A stretch of DNA of 64,000 bases from Felis catus. Taxonomy: Eukaryota. Made by a program: the position numbers and the translations under genes. The notes under the pieces were generated by a model. That model was not told the origin of the DNA and ran no database searches. It saw nothing but the letters and a program-made list of their open reading frames with translations. How positions within the stretch are numbered: position 1 is the stretch's first letter; each line of letters opens with the position of its first letter. Below are positions 45,960 to 61,296 of this stretch, one piece after another. Where the stretch lies: positions 87,794,001 to 87,858,000 of the forward strand of contig NC_058368.1 of the NCBI RefSeq assembly GCF_018350175.1, in the 5' to 3' direction.

Positions 45960-48146
45960 CTTAAAATTGATTTCAGCGTCTGTTCTGACGCTGGCATTTG
46001 CAGCTATAAATTTCCCTTCATGCCCCACTTTAGCTGTGCCCTATAACTACTGTTTCCATTCCCATCTGGCCCAAAACGCTTTCTAATTATGTTCATGATT
46101 TCTTTCTTGACACATGGATTATTCCCAAATATATTGTCTAGTTTGCAAATGTGTGTGGCATTCCCGAGTTTCCTTGCATGGCTGACTTCTGATAGATTTT
46201 GCATGCTATTAGCTGTGAACAGTCTGGGGCAGGGCATCCCCTGGAAAATGTTCCAGGCACACCTGCGTTGTCCTGCTCATTCTGCTGCCAGTCAGTGTTA
46301 TATTGTGTGCACACAGGAGTTTAATTTATGGGGTGACCTGCTGAGCACTGGAAAGAATCCATTACTGATATGTCTCAAGAGAAAGGGGCATGCCAAGCCA
46401 CCCAGGGCCACTTCAGGGAAACAGCAGTTTTGGTAGGAGGCAGAAGAAAGTAGTGAAGGGAGAGACCCAGGTTTGTTCCCCTGGTTTCCACAGGAAAGAG
46501 AAAGCAGGACGGGGTAAACAGCTTAGCTTGGCTGGTTTAAATAATTCTAGTGGGCTGTGGGGCAGAGGGGCTAGCTAGCTGTCCCATACCTGGTCCTGCA
46601 TTGACTCAGGGCAGGGAGAATATTGGCTTGGTGGCTGAGAATCCAAGTTGGCTGGTGGTGTGGGATCTGCTCTGGATACCTTGCTTACAAAAGAAGAGCA
46701 TTTACTATCTCTAAGAATTTTTCAGCCTGGGAAGGGGTGGTCTTTCCCCCTCACCCCCGTCAGAGAGGACATAAACACCAGAGCATGAAAAATACAGAAA
46801 ATAAGAAAATATATGGGGCACCTAGGTGGCTCAGTCTGTTAAGCATCTGGCTTTGGCTCAGGTCATGATCTCACAGTTGGTGGGTTTGAGCCCCGCATCA
46901 GGCTCTGTGCTGACAGCTCAGAGCCTGGAGCCTGCTTCAGATTCTGTGTCTCCCTCTCTCTGCCCCTCCCCTGTTTGCTCTCTCTCTCTCTCAAAATAAA
47001 TAAACTTTATGTATAGATATATATTTAATACAACTGGCACTATGAGGCCAAATAGACAAATCTAGAATCTGAGAAAACACAGCATACTTATGGATGTCAG
47101 ATTTGCCAGGTTGCTTGATGGTGTTTGGTAATTCCATATTCTTGCTGTTTGTTTTCTATTTATCCTGTCCATTACTGAGAGGAAGCTATTGAAATTTCCA
47201 GCTGTTATTGTTCAAGTGTCTGTTTCTCCCTTTAATTCTGGCACTTTTTGCTTTATGATTTTTCAGACTCTTTTGTCAGGTGCATACATGTTTATAATTG
47301 TCATATCTTTGTAATATTAAATTTTTTATTATAAAACATCCTTTTTTTCTAGTAACCTTTTTTTGTTTTATAGATTATTTTTGATTATTTTATTAAAACC
47401 ACTTTAGCTTTTATTAACCATAAGACAGTTTGCAAGTTCAGCCTTTTTGATTTCAATCTATTTGTGTCTTAAAGTGTGTCTCTTATAAACACCACTTCTA
47501 TTTGTTTGTTTATCTATTTTGCTTTTTTGATCAGGGACAACTTTTGAACTCACCAGCTTTGTTTTTCTTTGTCAACATTGTTTTGGCTATTTTGAGTCCT
47601 TTGAGATTCCACATGAATTTTAGGATTTTTTTCTCTTTCTGTACAAAACAAAAATGTCATTTTAACAAGGATTGAATTACTTTGAATCTGTAGATGACTT
47701 TGGATGGTATGGACATTTTAACAATATCAAGTCTTCCAATCCATGAACATAGGATGCTTTCCATTTTTATTTGGATTTTCTTTAATTACTTTTGGCAACA
47801 TTTTGCAGTTTTTAGTATACAAGTCTTTTGCCAATTTGGATAAGTTTATTCCTAAATATTTTGTTCTTTTTGATGCTATTTTAAATTTTCATATTTTTGA
47901 CCCATAACTTGCACTCTAGGTATAAATCCAATTTAGTTATGATGTGTTTAGTTCATGTGTTGCTGAATTCAGTTTCCTCATATTTTGTTGAGGATTTCTG
48001 CATCAATATTCATGAAGGATATTGGCCTGAAGTTTTCCTTTCTTGTCATGGCTTTGCCTGGCTTTGGTAATGGGGTCTAACTGGCCTCAAAAAATGAGTT
48101 TTGGGTGTTTTTTATTTTTTAAAAATATTTTTAACATTTATTTACT

Positions 48147-48185
<39 letters not shown>

Positions 48186-49745
48186 ATGAGCAGGGGAGGG
48201 GAAGAGAGGGAGAGAAACACAAAATCTGAAGCAGTATCCGGGCTCTGAGCTGACAGCACAGACCCTGACACAGAGCTCTAACCCACGAAGTGTGAGATCA
48301 TGACCTGAACCAAAGTCAAACACTTAACCCACTGAGCCACCCAGGAACCCCTTGGAGTGTTCTTTAAAGTTTGATGAAATTCTCCATTGAAGCCATCTGG
48401 TCGTAGGTTTTTCTTTATTATGAAGATTTTGATTCCTGGTTAAATCTCTTTATGAGTTATAGGTCTGCTCAGGATTTTTATTTCTTTGTGATTCAGTCTT
48501 GCTACATTGTATGGTTCTAGGAATTTATCCATTTCTTCTCAATTACCCAATTTATTGGCATTCATTGTTCACAATAGGGTCTTGATCCTCCTAATTCATC
48601 TGGCATCAATTGTAATGTTTTCCTTTCATTTCTCAGTTTCGTTATTTGATTCTTTTTTCTCAATTATTCTAGCTAAAAGTTTGTCAGTTTTGTTGATCTT
48701 TTCAAAAAACTAACTCTTAGTTTCAATGATTTTTCTATAGTTTTCTATTCTGTTTTATTAATTTTTCCTCTAATATTACCTCTCTTCTGTCACCTTTGGG
48801 TTTAGTTTGTTCTTTTTCTAGTTTCTTGAGTTGTAAAGTTGGTTATTGATTTGAGACCCTTTTTTTTAATGTAGGCATTTACCACTATAAACCTCCTCTA
48901 GCACTGCTTTTGCTGCATTCCATATGTTTTGGCATGTTATGTTTTCATTTGTCTCAATATATTTTCTAATTTTCCTTGTGATTTCTTCTCTGGCCCACTG
49001 GTTGTTCAAGACCATTTGTTTAATTTCCACCTGTATACGTTCCCCCCCCCCCCCATTTTCGTTTTGGTATTGATCTCTAGTTTCATTCTATTGTGGTCAG
49101 AAAAGACACTTTGTATGACTCAGGTTTTTTATTTTTATTATTTTTTTTAAATAATTGATTGTCAAGGTAGCTAACATTCAGTGTATACAGTGTAGTCTTG
49201 GCTTCAGGAGTAGATTCCCGTGGTTCATCACTTACAAACAACACCAAGTGCTCATCCCAACAAGTGTTCTCCTCAATGCCCAACATCCATTTTCCCCACC
49301 CCCAACCCTAAGCCCAGCCACACATGAGTGAAATCATATGATATCTCTCTTCTTCTGACTGACTTATTTCACTTAGCATAATATCCTCCAGTTCCATCCA
49401 CATTGTTGCAAAATGACAATATTTCTTTCTTTTTCATCACCAGTCACTGTCTTTTTAAGTTTGTTAAGACTTGTGTTGTGGCCTAGCATGTGATCCATCC
49501 TGGAGGATGTTCTATGTTCACTTGAGAAGAGTTCATATTCTGCTCCTTTGAGGTGGAGTGTTTTGTATATTTCTGTTGGGTCCAATTCATCAGTAGTGTT
49601 GTTCAAGTGCTCTGTTTCCTTACAGACGTTTTGTCTGTTGTTCAAGCCATTGCTGAAAGTGAGGTACTGAAATTTCCTACCATAATTATATTACTATTTC
49701 TTTCCTTCAGGTCTGTCACCTCTGACCTCATGTATTTGGGTGCTC
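45960..49745 (-). mobile_element. Fragmented old L1 (ORF2 remnants) with nested SINEs, an LTR piece and a carnivore L1 3' end (~49125-49445)
   Basis: T-rich L1 antisense texture; decayed endonuclease peptides in the ORF track (NIIMVGNFSTSLS; FSSEHRTSSRMDHMLGH). Confidence 0.8.
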
Positions 49746-52700
49746 TGCTGTGGAGATGGGGAACAGAGCCACTCCAGGCTAACATGCCCCAGATGCCCCA
49801 TCCCCATCCTTGCCAAGGTTCAGGATATTCTGTTAAATAAATATTTTCAATTTGGTGTATGCTTTTTGTCAATTTTCAGTTTTTATATAGTTGCTTTGAC
49901 AACTTTGTCCAGTTTTAATGTTACTTTTTGGGGAGAGAATTTGCTGAGTTCCTCAGTCATCCATTTTTTAAGTGGCTGGGCAGGTTCTCCACTGTTCCCT
50001 TATTCATACAGGGATGAATGAGGCACTGGGAGATGGATTTCATGGACCTTGTAAGAAATATGTGCCCTGAAGTCTAGCTGTGTCCCCCTCAAACATACAC
50101 CCCTCCCAAGATCCATTCAGGCATTGGGACAATGGGTCACAGACCAACTAAGTTATCTTGGGGCCATCAGCTCCATGTCCTTGCCTCAATGGCCACTTTA
50201 CTCCCTCCAACCAGGTCCCCAGCACCCAGAAGACCCTAAGTGTACACTTCCAGACACTTGCAACCCAACTCCAAGCTTCTTGTGATGGTACAAAATTAAC
50301 GAACATTGGAGACAGTTACTTCCTCATCTTTTCCTATCCCATTTGGCATAAATTGAATTTTTACTCAAATTTTATTTCTAGATGGTTTTGTATGATTCTC
50401 TAAACTAATTAAAAATATTTCGCATAAGCATCCTAGATTAAGAATTGTCTGTATAAGAAGTAGTTATGGGGAGCCTGGGTGGCTCACTTGGTTAAACATC
50501 CAACTCTTGGTTTTGACTCAGGTCATGGTATTATACTTCATGGGATTGGCCCCTGCATTGGGCTCTGTGCTAACAATTCAGAGACTGCTTGGTATTCTCT
50601 CTCCCCCACTCCTGCACTCTCTCTCTCTCTCTCAAAATAAATAAATAAATTTTAAAGAAGAAGTAGTTATAACAAAAGTACTCTGATACTATCAGGTTTG
50701 TAAATTCTAAATTAATATTATTTGAGATTCATCCATTATGCAACTATAAAGACATACCCAATAGCTCAAGATTTACAGTAATGACACTATTTATCTCTTG
50801 TACAGATTATTATTTCATTTTTAAAAATGTTATCATTAGGGATGCCTTGTTGGCTCAGTTGGAGGAACATGTGACTCTTGATCTCAGGATTGTGAGTTCA
50901 AGCCCCGCATTGGGAGTAGAGATTACTTAAATAAATAAATAAATAAATAAATACTTTAATTTTTTTAAAAAAATAAATAAAATGCTATCCTATCATTAAT
51001 AAGCTGGCCCAGTAAACTCCTTTAAAATCTTTGGTTTTCATTCTAAATTGTGCTTGTCCAAAGATAACATTCATTTACTCATCCAACCAGCAAATATTTA
51101 TTGGGCACCTCTTTTAGTCTGCTTTCACCCCCATAACAAAATACTGTAAGCTGGAGGGGATTAAACAACAGATATTTATCTTCTCATATTTCTACTGGCT
51201 GAAAAGTCCAAGATCGAGGTGCCAGCTGATTTTATTCCTGGTAAGAGCCTCTTCCTGGCTTGCAGATAGCCACTTTCTTGCTGTTCCCTCACATGGTGGG
51301 AAGAGAGAGCTCTGGTCTCTTCCTTTTTTTATAAGGACACTAATCCCATGATGGCTGCTCTACCCTCATGACCTCATCTAAACCTAAGTACCTTTCAGTG
51401 GCCCCACTCCTAACACCATCACATTGGGAGTTAGGGCTTCAACATAAAAATTTTTGTAGGAACCCAGGGATGCCTGGGGGCTCAGTTGGTTAAGCGTCCC
51501 AATTTGGATCAGGTTGTGAACTCTTGGTTCATGGGTTCGAGCCCTGTGTTGGGCTCTGTGCTCAACAGCTCAGAGCCTGGACACTGCTTCAGATTCTGTG
51601 TCACCATTTCTCTCTGTCCCTCCCCCACTCATACTCTGTTTGTCTCTCTCAAATATAAATAAACATGTTTTTAAACTAAAAAATAAAATTTTTTGTAGGA
51701 AGACAAACATTCATCCCATAATAGTGCCTGTATCTGCTGGGCATTACTTATGGTGCTGGCGACAAACAAGTGAACTCAGATCCTCTATCCTCATAGAGAT
51801 GGAATGTGCCTCTTAGAGAAATTATTAATAAAACGGAGAGTCTTACATTGCGTGAGGTGGGAAGGACAGGCATATTTACACCAGAGAACACATTAGAGTT
51901 TTATACTTGTAAGGTGATCATTAGGTCACATCTTCATAACAAGTGATTTAAACCGAATCTGGCATGTTTCATAGCAACCCAAAAGGCCAACTGGGAGGGC
52001 ATGGAAGAATAAATCCCATGGTAGTATAACAATAACCAGAATAACATAACTATTCTAGAATAACACAGAACAACCCAGAATGTTTGTTCCACATGTGTGT
52101 GGTTAAGTGTCTGCTGGGTTCTGAGATGCCAGAATGGACATGGCCCTAGCACAAGAGGGAGACCAGCCAGATGGACATGGAAGAGGAAGTGGAGCTATGA
52201 ACAGAGAAAAGATTCCAAGAAAGTGGCATGGCTATTTGAGTGTGCCTTACAGAGAACCTATTGGGGCATGAGGAGGGGTTGGGGAGGGGACATAGGAGTT
52301 TGCAGGTGAAGATAAGTAAGGATTGACCTTATTCTATAAGCATTGGGAAGCCACTTGGGGGGACAGGATGAAATTTGTGTTTTCAAAAGTCATGGTGGTA
52401 TGGACAGCAGGCTAGGAAGCTAATTGGATGCAGAGGCAGTGGATAGGATACTGTTGTCATAGAAATGAGAGATGTTGGCTTGAATTGGAGTGATGGTCAT
52501 GCATGTGGGGGAGGGGAGGGAAGATCTGACAGACTCAGGACATGAGGGACAGGGTGGAGGGGATGATTGGGTATGGGAGTGCTATTTGAGGAGAAATTTT
52601 GGTACCTGTTTCCAGATTGAACATCTGAGAAATGATAGAGCCCCAGATGAGGTTTGGGCCAGGTCGGGTGTATCAGGTAGAGACTGCATTGTGAGTTTTG

Positions 52701-53609
52701 TTTGATGCTGAGTGTGTGGAGGTCTTCGAGGCCTCCAAGCAGAAGGGTTGAGCTGGTAGTTAGCCAGGAGTTTCGAGTTCAGGAATAATCACAGCAGATG
52801 CTGTTGGGGTGTGCACCAAGACCACCAGTGATTCACACAAGTACTCTCAGAACTCAGCAGAGTTATGGTTTATTATGGGGAAAGGTCACAGGTGAAAATC
52901 ACCTCAAGGAAAGAGGCACATGGGGCAGGGATACACGAAGGATACACCAAGAGCAAGCTTCCAATTGTCCTGTCTCAGTGGAGTTGTGGATAGCACTTAA
53001 CTGACCCAGAAACCATACATGGCAACATGGTGGCAGAGGAGCTCATGGAGCTTTGCTGCTCACAGAGACTTGGCTTATGGTCTGCAGTGCTGACCTCAGT
53101 ACTTTAGTCTCTCCAGGGGTCAAAGTGATGCTGCATAGGTCTTGATATCTTCATATGGTTTGGGGTTACTATCTAATTCATTTCAACCTCAAGGACTCCC
53201 ATACTCGTGTGTGTGTGTGTAGAGCAGTGGTAATAAACTCTCTAACCTTTACACCTGAAAGTCATTAACACTGTATGTTAGTTATACTTTAAGAAAAATG
53301 TGTTTAAAAATAAACCCTCTCACCTTTTGTTTATAAGGAAAGGTCTTAATTTCTCCCTGAGTTTTGAAGGACAGTTTTGCCAGCTATAGAGTTCTTAGTT
53401 GACAGTTTTCTTTTCTTTTACAACTTTTCAATCCTGCCTTCTGAGCTACAAGGTTTCTACTGAAAAATTGACTTATGATCTTATTTAGAATTCCTTGTAT
53501 GTGATTAGTTGTTTCTCTTGCTGCTTTTTTTTTTGTCTTTCTCTTTCAACAGTTTGATTATACTATGCTTCAGTTCTTAGTTAACCTTGTAGGAGTTCAT
53601 TAATTTTTA

Positions 53610-54350
53610 GTTTTTTTAATATTAAATATAATTTATTGTCAAATTGGTTTCCATATAACACCCAATGCTCATCCCAACAGGTGCCCTCTTCAATGCCCAT
53701 TACCCACTTTCTCCTTCCCCTCCCCCTCCATCAACTCTTAGTTTGTCCTCAGTATTTTAGAGTCTCTTATGGTTTGTTTGCTTCCTTCTCTGTAACTTCC
53801 CTCCCATCCCCCATGGTCTTCTGTTAAGTTTCTCAGGATCACATATGAGTGAAAACATATGGTATCTTTCTCTGCCTGACTTATTTCACTTAACATAATA
53901 CCCTCCAGTTCCACCCATGTTGCTACAAATGGCCAGATTTCATTCTTTCTCATTGCCAAGTAGTATCCCATTGTATATATAAACCACATCTTTTTTATCC
54001 ATTTGTCAGTTGATGGACATTTAGGCTTTTTCCATAATTTGGCTATTGTTGAAAGTCCTGCTATAAACATTGGGAGTACAAATGCCCCTATGCATCAGCA
54101 CACCTGTATCCCTTGGGTAAATTCTTAGCAGTGCTATTGCTGGGTCATAGGGTAGATCTATTTTTAATTTTTTGAGGAACTGCCACTCTCTTTTCCAGAG
54201 TGGCTGCACCAGTTTGCATTCCCACAGACAGTGCAAAAGTGTTCCCATTTCTCCACATCTTCTCCAGCATCTATAGTCTCCTGATTTGTTCATTTTAGCC
54301 ACTCTGGCATGAGATATGGTATCTCAGTGTGGTTTTGATTTGTATTTCTC
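53610..54350 (-). mobile_element. 5'-truncated felid/carnivore L1 (ORF2 C-terminus and 3' UTR), nested in an older L1
   Basis: Peptides [27 protein letters not shown] and PKCPSTDKWIKKMW; same 3' UTR as the 4377-4750 copy. Confidence 0.88.
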
Positions 54351-55093
54351 TGATAATAGATTTTTTTTAGATTCTTGGAGTTTAGGATTTCTATATTTCA
54401 TTAATTAGAATGTTTTTAGCCATTATTTCTTCAAATAATCTCTCTGACCTTTCTCTGTCTCTCTCTCACTTCTCCCTCTGGGATTCCCATAATGCCTGTG
54501 TTGAGACCTTTGATGTTGTGCCACAATCCCTTAGGCTCTATTCACTTTTCTTCATTTTGTTTCTTTCTGATACTCAGGCTACATAATTTCAAATGCACGG
54601 TCTCTTTATTATGCCTGCACAAATCTGCTGTTTAACTTCTTTTTTGGGGGACACCTGGCTGGTTCAGTCTGCGGAGCTGCAACTTTTGATCTTTGGCTGT
54701 GAGTTCGAGCCCCACGTTGGGTGTAGAGATTCCTTAAACATACAATCTAAAAATATATATAAACAATAAAATAAATTATCTTTTTCAATATATTTCCTGT
54801 ATTTTCAGCTCAGAAGTTCTTATCAGTTTTTTATGTATTTTCTATCGCTTTGTGGATATTCTCATTATGCTCATATATTTTTTCCTGAATTTTTAGTTCT
54901 TTGCATTTGTTTTCCTCTAGCTCTTTGGTTATACTTAAAGCAATTGTCTTCAAGTTTTTATCTAGTAAATCCAATGCCTGTGCTTCTTCAGGGACAGTTT
55001 CTGGAAATTTACTTTGTACCATTGGATGACCCATTTTTTCCCCTCTTCTTTATATGCCTTGTGATATTTGTTTTTTTAGAAAAGCAGACATTT

Positions 55094-55331
55094 GGGGCGC
55101 CTGGGTGGCGCAGTCGGTTAAGCGTCCGACTTCAGCCAGGTCACGATCTCGCGATCTGTGAGTTCGAGCCCCGCGTCGGGCTCTGGGCTGACAGCTCAGA
55201 GCCTGGAGCCGGTTTCCGATTCTGTGTCTCCCTCTCTCTCTGCCCCTCCCCCGTTCATGCTCTGTCTCTCTCTGTCCCAAAAATAAATAAATGTTGGAAA
55301 AAAAATTTAAAAAAAAAAAAAAAAAAAGAAA
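55094..55331 (+). mobile_element. Young SINEC_Fc-type SINE with perfect TSD
   Basis: TSD agaaaagcagacattt at 55078-55093 and 55332-55347; CpGs intact; long A tail. Confidence 0.93.
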
Positions 55332-55584
55332 AGAAAAGCAGACATTTGACAAAAGCAGTTACTTCCTCATGTCTTTTCTTGTTGGCTCTTGGCTGGTACA
55401 GTTCTCTACTGTTTAGTTGAACATGCTCCAAGCCTAGAGATCTTCTCAAGGTGTTTTGGGGAATTTTCTGATACATATTGCCTGGAACTCACTGACTTTT
55501 TAAATTCTCATGTACACATGGCTGCTTTTGAATGTCTTAATTTCTCAAAGAGAAATCTAGCTTCTCCTTAGGAGATAGATAGAT

Positions 55585-55980
55585 ATAACTCAGCCATCAA
55601 AAAGGATGGAATCTTACCATTTGCAAAGATGTGGATGGAGCTAGAATGTATCATGCTAAGTAAAAGAAGTCAGCCAGAGAAAGACAAATATCATATGATT
55701 TCACTCATGTGGAGTTTAAGAAACACAATAGGTGAACATTTGGAAAGTGGAGGAAAAGGAGAGATGAAAACATACAACAGGAGACTCTTAATGATAGAGA
55801 ACAAACTGAGGGTTGATGGAGGGAGGTGGGTGGGGGATGGGCTAGATGGGTGATGGGTATTAAGGAGGACACTTGTTGAGATGACCACTGGGTGCTGTAC
55901 GTAAATGATGACTTACTGAATTCTACTCCTGAAACCAATATTGCACTGTATGTTAACTAACTATAATTTAAATTTTAAAA
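55585..55980 (+). mobile_element. Carnivore L1 3' end fragment; further L1 relics at ~56380-56900 (-) and 58780-59690 (+)
   Basis: WMELECIMLS..SQ.EKDKYHMISL peptide followed by a typical 3' UTR. Confidence 0.8.
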
Positions 55981-58900
55981 ATGGAGCTTCCTAATGTGTC
56001 ATTTGACTAATGTCACTCTCTTACACTGATTAATTTTGAATCGTAAACCAACTTATTATTCCTAAGGTAAGTCTTACATTATCATCATGGTTATCCTTAT
56101 ATATTGTGGGATTCTATTTGCTCATATTTAGTTAGGTGGTTTTTTTAACTTTTTTTTTGAAAGTTTATTAATTTTGAGCAAGAGAGAGTAAACAGGGGAG
56201 GGGCAGAAAGAAAGGGAGAGAGAGAACCCCAAACATGCTCTTTGCTATCAGCACAGACCCCAATGCAGGGCTTGAACTCATGAACCATGAGATAATGGCC
56301 TTAGCTGAAACCAAGTTGGATGCTTAACTGACTGAGCCACCCAGGTGCCTAATTAGGTGTTTTCTTCTGTTCTTTTTAAAATAGAAGTATAATTGACATA
56401 TAGTGTTATGTTAGTTTCAAGTGTACAGTATAGTGATTTGACTAATCTATACATTACTCAGTGCTCATCACAATAAGTATAGTTGCCATCTGTCACCAAA
56501 CAATGTTATTATAATCTTACTGTTCTACTTTTCATCTCCACGACTTCTTTATTTTGTAACTGCAAATTTGCACTTTATCTATTTCATCGATTCCCGCCCC
56601 CCCCCCCACCTCCCTTCTGGCAACCACCAGTTTGTTCTCTGTATTTAAGAATCTGTTATTTTGTCTGTCTCTTTTCTTTGTTTTGTTCATTTGCTTTGTT
56701 TCTTAAGTTCCAGATATGAGTGAAATCTTATTTGTCTTTCTCTGACTTATTGCACTTAGCATAATACCTACTAGGCCCTTCCATGTTGTCACAAGTGAAT
56801 GGGAAGCTCTCCTTGTTTTCTAAGGCTGAGTGATATCTCATTGTATGCATGGACCCCATCTTCTTTACCCATTAATCAGTGGTTTAACACCTGGGTTAAA
56901 GAAAGTGAGATACTCCAAAATGGTAACTAAAGGACCCTCACTTCGGAAGACAATAGAGTATGTGAGCTTCTTACTATTCCCTTCACTAGATACAAATAAG
57001 TGCTCAGAAATTACATATAAAACAAACATAAGAAGACCCTTATGCTAGTCAACTCAGGCTGTATAATAAACACTAGGAGGTTTAAATAACAGACATTTAC
57101 TTTTCCCCACTCCCAGAGGCTGGAAGTCTGAGATCCAGGTATGGTCACGGATAGTTCCTCCCGAGGCCCCTCTCTCGTTGGTGTGTCCTCACATGGTCAT
57201 CCATCTGTGCCAGCCTGTGTCCTGATCTCCTCTTCTTATAATGACACCAGTCCTGTGGGGTTAGTGCCCACACTAGTGACCTCATTGTACCTTAATTAAC
57301 TCTTTAAACACCCTATTTCCAAATATTGCCACAAATATAGTCACCTCAGAGGTCTGAGGGGTTAGGAATTGAACATATAATTTGGGGGGGTGGGGCACAA
57401 GCCTACAACAACCTTGAAAGGTAGAGACACAAGGTGGACCGTAGGGAACTTGTGATCCTAGGAACAACACCATGGTGATTTTCCTGCATTTTCTTTTTCC
57501 CTCATGTATCCCAGACTTGGAGAACAAGAAGCCAACAACTCAGAAACACAAATGAGCACTGACAAAAAAAAATGTCCCCCAAAAGCCCACTCCTTCTAGC
57601 CATAGGACCAGGACAGGAACAGCCTAGCAGGACAGAAAACTTGAATATCCCAGACTTTGGCCCCAGCCAGGCTGTAATGAGCCTTCTCAAACCCACCCCT
57701 TCTGGGAGAGTTCCATAAAAGACCAAGTGGGGAGCTGGACTTTCAGCCTTGCTGTGCAATACCTGGGAGTCAGAGGAGACCAGAGGGTAGCTGCAATGCC
57801 CACCTCTGTTCAACAGTAACTAGAGCCCCCACCCTGCCAGCAATGTCAGTGGTACCCCTTCTCCCTCTGCCAGGCAGTAATGAGGTGACATCAAACCTTC
57901 CCCTGCTGGAGTAGTGTTGGAGACAGCCAGTCAGGGCTGCTTTCCATCACCAACAACCAATTCTCTTATTCTCTGGACATCAGCTAGGCAGCCAACAATT
58001 CAATTTGGTTTTGACACTGCATACCTAGAATTAACATTGGATTCCACAGGTTAAAGGTCCAGACCCCACAAGTCGTTCCCACTTACAATGCAAGGTGCAA
58101 GTCCTAGGCTACCTGTACTTCTGACCAACCAACAATAAATTGGAGACTCCCACAAGCTCCTCCCCAGGTTTGATGATTTGCTAGAGTGGCTCACAGAATT
58201 CATGAAACACTTAGGTTTACCAGTTTACTACAACGGATACAACTCAGGAACATCCAGGTGGAAGAGAGGCACAGGGAAAGGTACAGGAGCAGGATGGTGC
58301 TTTAATACCCTCTCTGGGGCATCACCCTTTCCGGCAAGTTGACCTGTTCACCAACCAAGAAGCTCTTGGAATCTCGTTGTTCAAGCGATTTTATAGAGCT
58401 CAAATTCCAGCCCCCTCCCCTCCCCAGAGATCAGGGATAGAGATGGAAGTTCCAATCCTCTAGGCACTTGGCCCTTTTGGTCATCCCGAGGCCACCCATG
58501 GTTCCCATCCTAAGTCACTTCATTAGCATAAACTAAGGTGTGCTCTAAAGGAACTCTTCAAGAGTAACAAAAAAAAAACATTTGCATCACTCAGGAAATT
58601 CCAAGGAGCCTGGAATTTTAGGGACTCTGTGCCAGGAATGTAGGACAAAGACCACATATACTTCTTCTTATATTACAGGCAGCTAAAACAGAAACCTTAA
58701 ATAAGAACCAGAGTCTCATAACATGTTATGAAAGTGTCCACATATCAGTAAAAAGTCATAACTTGTCATAACTAAGAACCAAAAACTAAGATCCCAAAAT
58801 GAGTGGAAAACGAAAAAAAAAAAAAAGACAAGGAATAGGCACCAATATTGACATGACAATATTGTTGGAATTATCTGATAAATGTTTTAAAGCTATTATG

Positions 58901-59258
58901 ATAAAAATACTTCAACAAAAATTACAAACACACATGAAACCAGTTATAAGTCAAATGTTTCAGCAAAAAAATCGAGAGTCTTAGGAAAGAAGTAGAGACA
59001 TAAAGAATAACCAAATGGAAATTTTGGAACTGAACAATACAATAACCAAAATATAGCTCAACAGCAGAATGAAGGGGACAGAGAATGGAACTGGTGAACC
59101 TGAAGATATGACAATAGAATTTACCCAATCTGGGGGCGCCTGGGTGGCACAGTCAATTAAGCGACAGACTTTGGCTCAGGTCAAGAGCTCAGGGTTCGTG
59201 AACTCCAGCCTCGCATCAGGCTCTGTGCTGACAGCTGGGAGCCTGGAGCCTGCTTCAG

Positions 59259-59299
<41 letters not shown>

Positions 59300-59357
59300 A
59301 ATAAACACTAAAAAGACTGTGGTTTGCCTCTCTTTTCCCCCCCATGTCTATTTGTTT

Positions 59358-59394
<37 letters not shown>

Positions 59395-61296
59395 ATCGTT
59401 CTAGGGGTGCCTGGGTGGTTCAATCAGTTAGCCATCTGACTCTTGATCTTGATCTGGTCTGGCTCTCAGGGTCATGAGTTCGGGTCCCTCACATTGGGCT
59501 CCATGCTGGGCATAAAGAGTACTAACAAAAGAAATAAAAATAAAAATTACTGTCCTAAAAAATTAAAACTTGCTCTTTGAAAGGCCTTGTTAAAAGGATG
59601 GGGAAAAAAGTTGCAAAGTGGAAGAAAATATTTGTAAGCCACATATATCACAAAGGATTAATATTCAGAATACACACATAATCTTCAAAATTCAGGAGCA
59701 CCTGTGTGGCTCAGTCGGTTGAGCATCTGACTCTTGATTTCTGCTCAAGTCATGATCCCAGGGTCATGGGATCAAGCCTTGTGTCAGGCTCCTTGCTGAG
59801 CGTGGAGCCTGTTTGATTGTCTCTCTCCCTTCTTCTGCCCCACTCTGTCCCTCTCTCAAAATAATAGACTTTAAAAAATCATTTTAAAAAGTTACCACAT
59901 CCTAAAGTACAACACAACTGTTAAAAACAAGTTGTGTTAGATTTGATCTTTAGAAACAGCTTACCAACGAAATAGTCATAACAGATAAATGCAGGGACTT
60001 TGGGGCTGAGTGAGTTCATTCAACAGGGTTCAGTCTGGGAAAAGGGTCATGGATCATGCCACATGACATTAGAAAGGGCAAGTCCAAAACAAGTCTGTGA
60101 GGACGCACTAGCCACTGTGTACTAAGCACAGGGGCAGAGTAACAAGGTAGAACTCTCAAGGACACCTGAGTTTGCTGGGAAGTTAGGCCAGCCACCAGCA
60201 AGGACCGAGGGAAGCTGAGCCACTGGAGGAGACATTGCCTCTCTGCAGCCCAAGTGAGTATCTCTCAACATGTGCTAGTCAGAGCTGGGCTGACCCTGCA
60301 AAATTAGATCTAAACAGGCTTAGACAAGGACATATCATCCCAGAACATCACACAGAGGAGGTTACCAAAGAAATGCAGTCTCAGAAGACAGGTTGCTCAA
60401 AGTCTCACCTGGGTCCCCACGTGCAGAGCCAAGCCAGCTGGGGCTGGATGAGCATGTGATGGAGAGGAAGGAGTGGGCTCAGATGTAGATCATGAGGACT
60501 GAGACTAGAGGTGTGTTCACTGTGTGTCTGAACAAGAGTGGTCAGGGCTACAGGACTGTGGAGGGACTCTCAGTAGAGGGCTCAGAGTCCCTGGGCACAG
60601 TGGACCTGTTCCAGAAGGGAGTGCTGGAGGGAGGCCATTCCTAACCGAAACTAGAATTAGAACTGGTAGAGATCAAACAAGGCAGCAAGTGCTCATGGCA
60701 CATCAGAACCACACATTCTTTCCAAATGAGATTTCCCAGTGAGAGTGGCCAGAACATCTAGCAGGAGCAGGAGGCAGGGGGTTGGGGGGACTCTGGTTCA
60801 GGATCCTTCTTCAGCCTCTATGGCCCTCCTGTATAAGAATCCACCTCTGCCTCCCTCTTGGGGGGGAGGGACTGCTGGTCACCCACCAGGCTCCTTTCTG
60901 CCTCCGACTGAGATAGAGCTGCTGTGGCCAATTCTGGAGGCCACACCAGGCCAGGGAGGTGACAATGGGGGCCAAGCTGATGATTTTCTATCCATGCACT
61001 TTGGCATCCAGGAGCCCAGGAGAGGTGCCTTGGGGGCCAGCTGGTGGGGCGAGGCTGGGGACCAACTGTCCCAGTTTCCCCAGGACTGTAAGCTGGATGA
61101 GCTGGTCACCTCCATTGAGGGTGCCCTGGCTGCCCCACTCCATGAACCAGGATGCCTGACTTCCACCCATTCCACAGGGAAGGGCAGTTCTGCTGTCTGA
61201 TTGTCCCCCAACCTCCAAGTGAGGTGGCGGAACCCTCTCCTCTTTCTCCAAACAAACCCACAAAGAAAGAGATAACACTTCATCCGGTTCTGCTTT

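Noticed and set aside
53738..54302. Functional L1 ORF2
   Set aside because: It is a short 5'-truncated, frameshifted fragment; there is no full-length L1 in the window.
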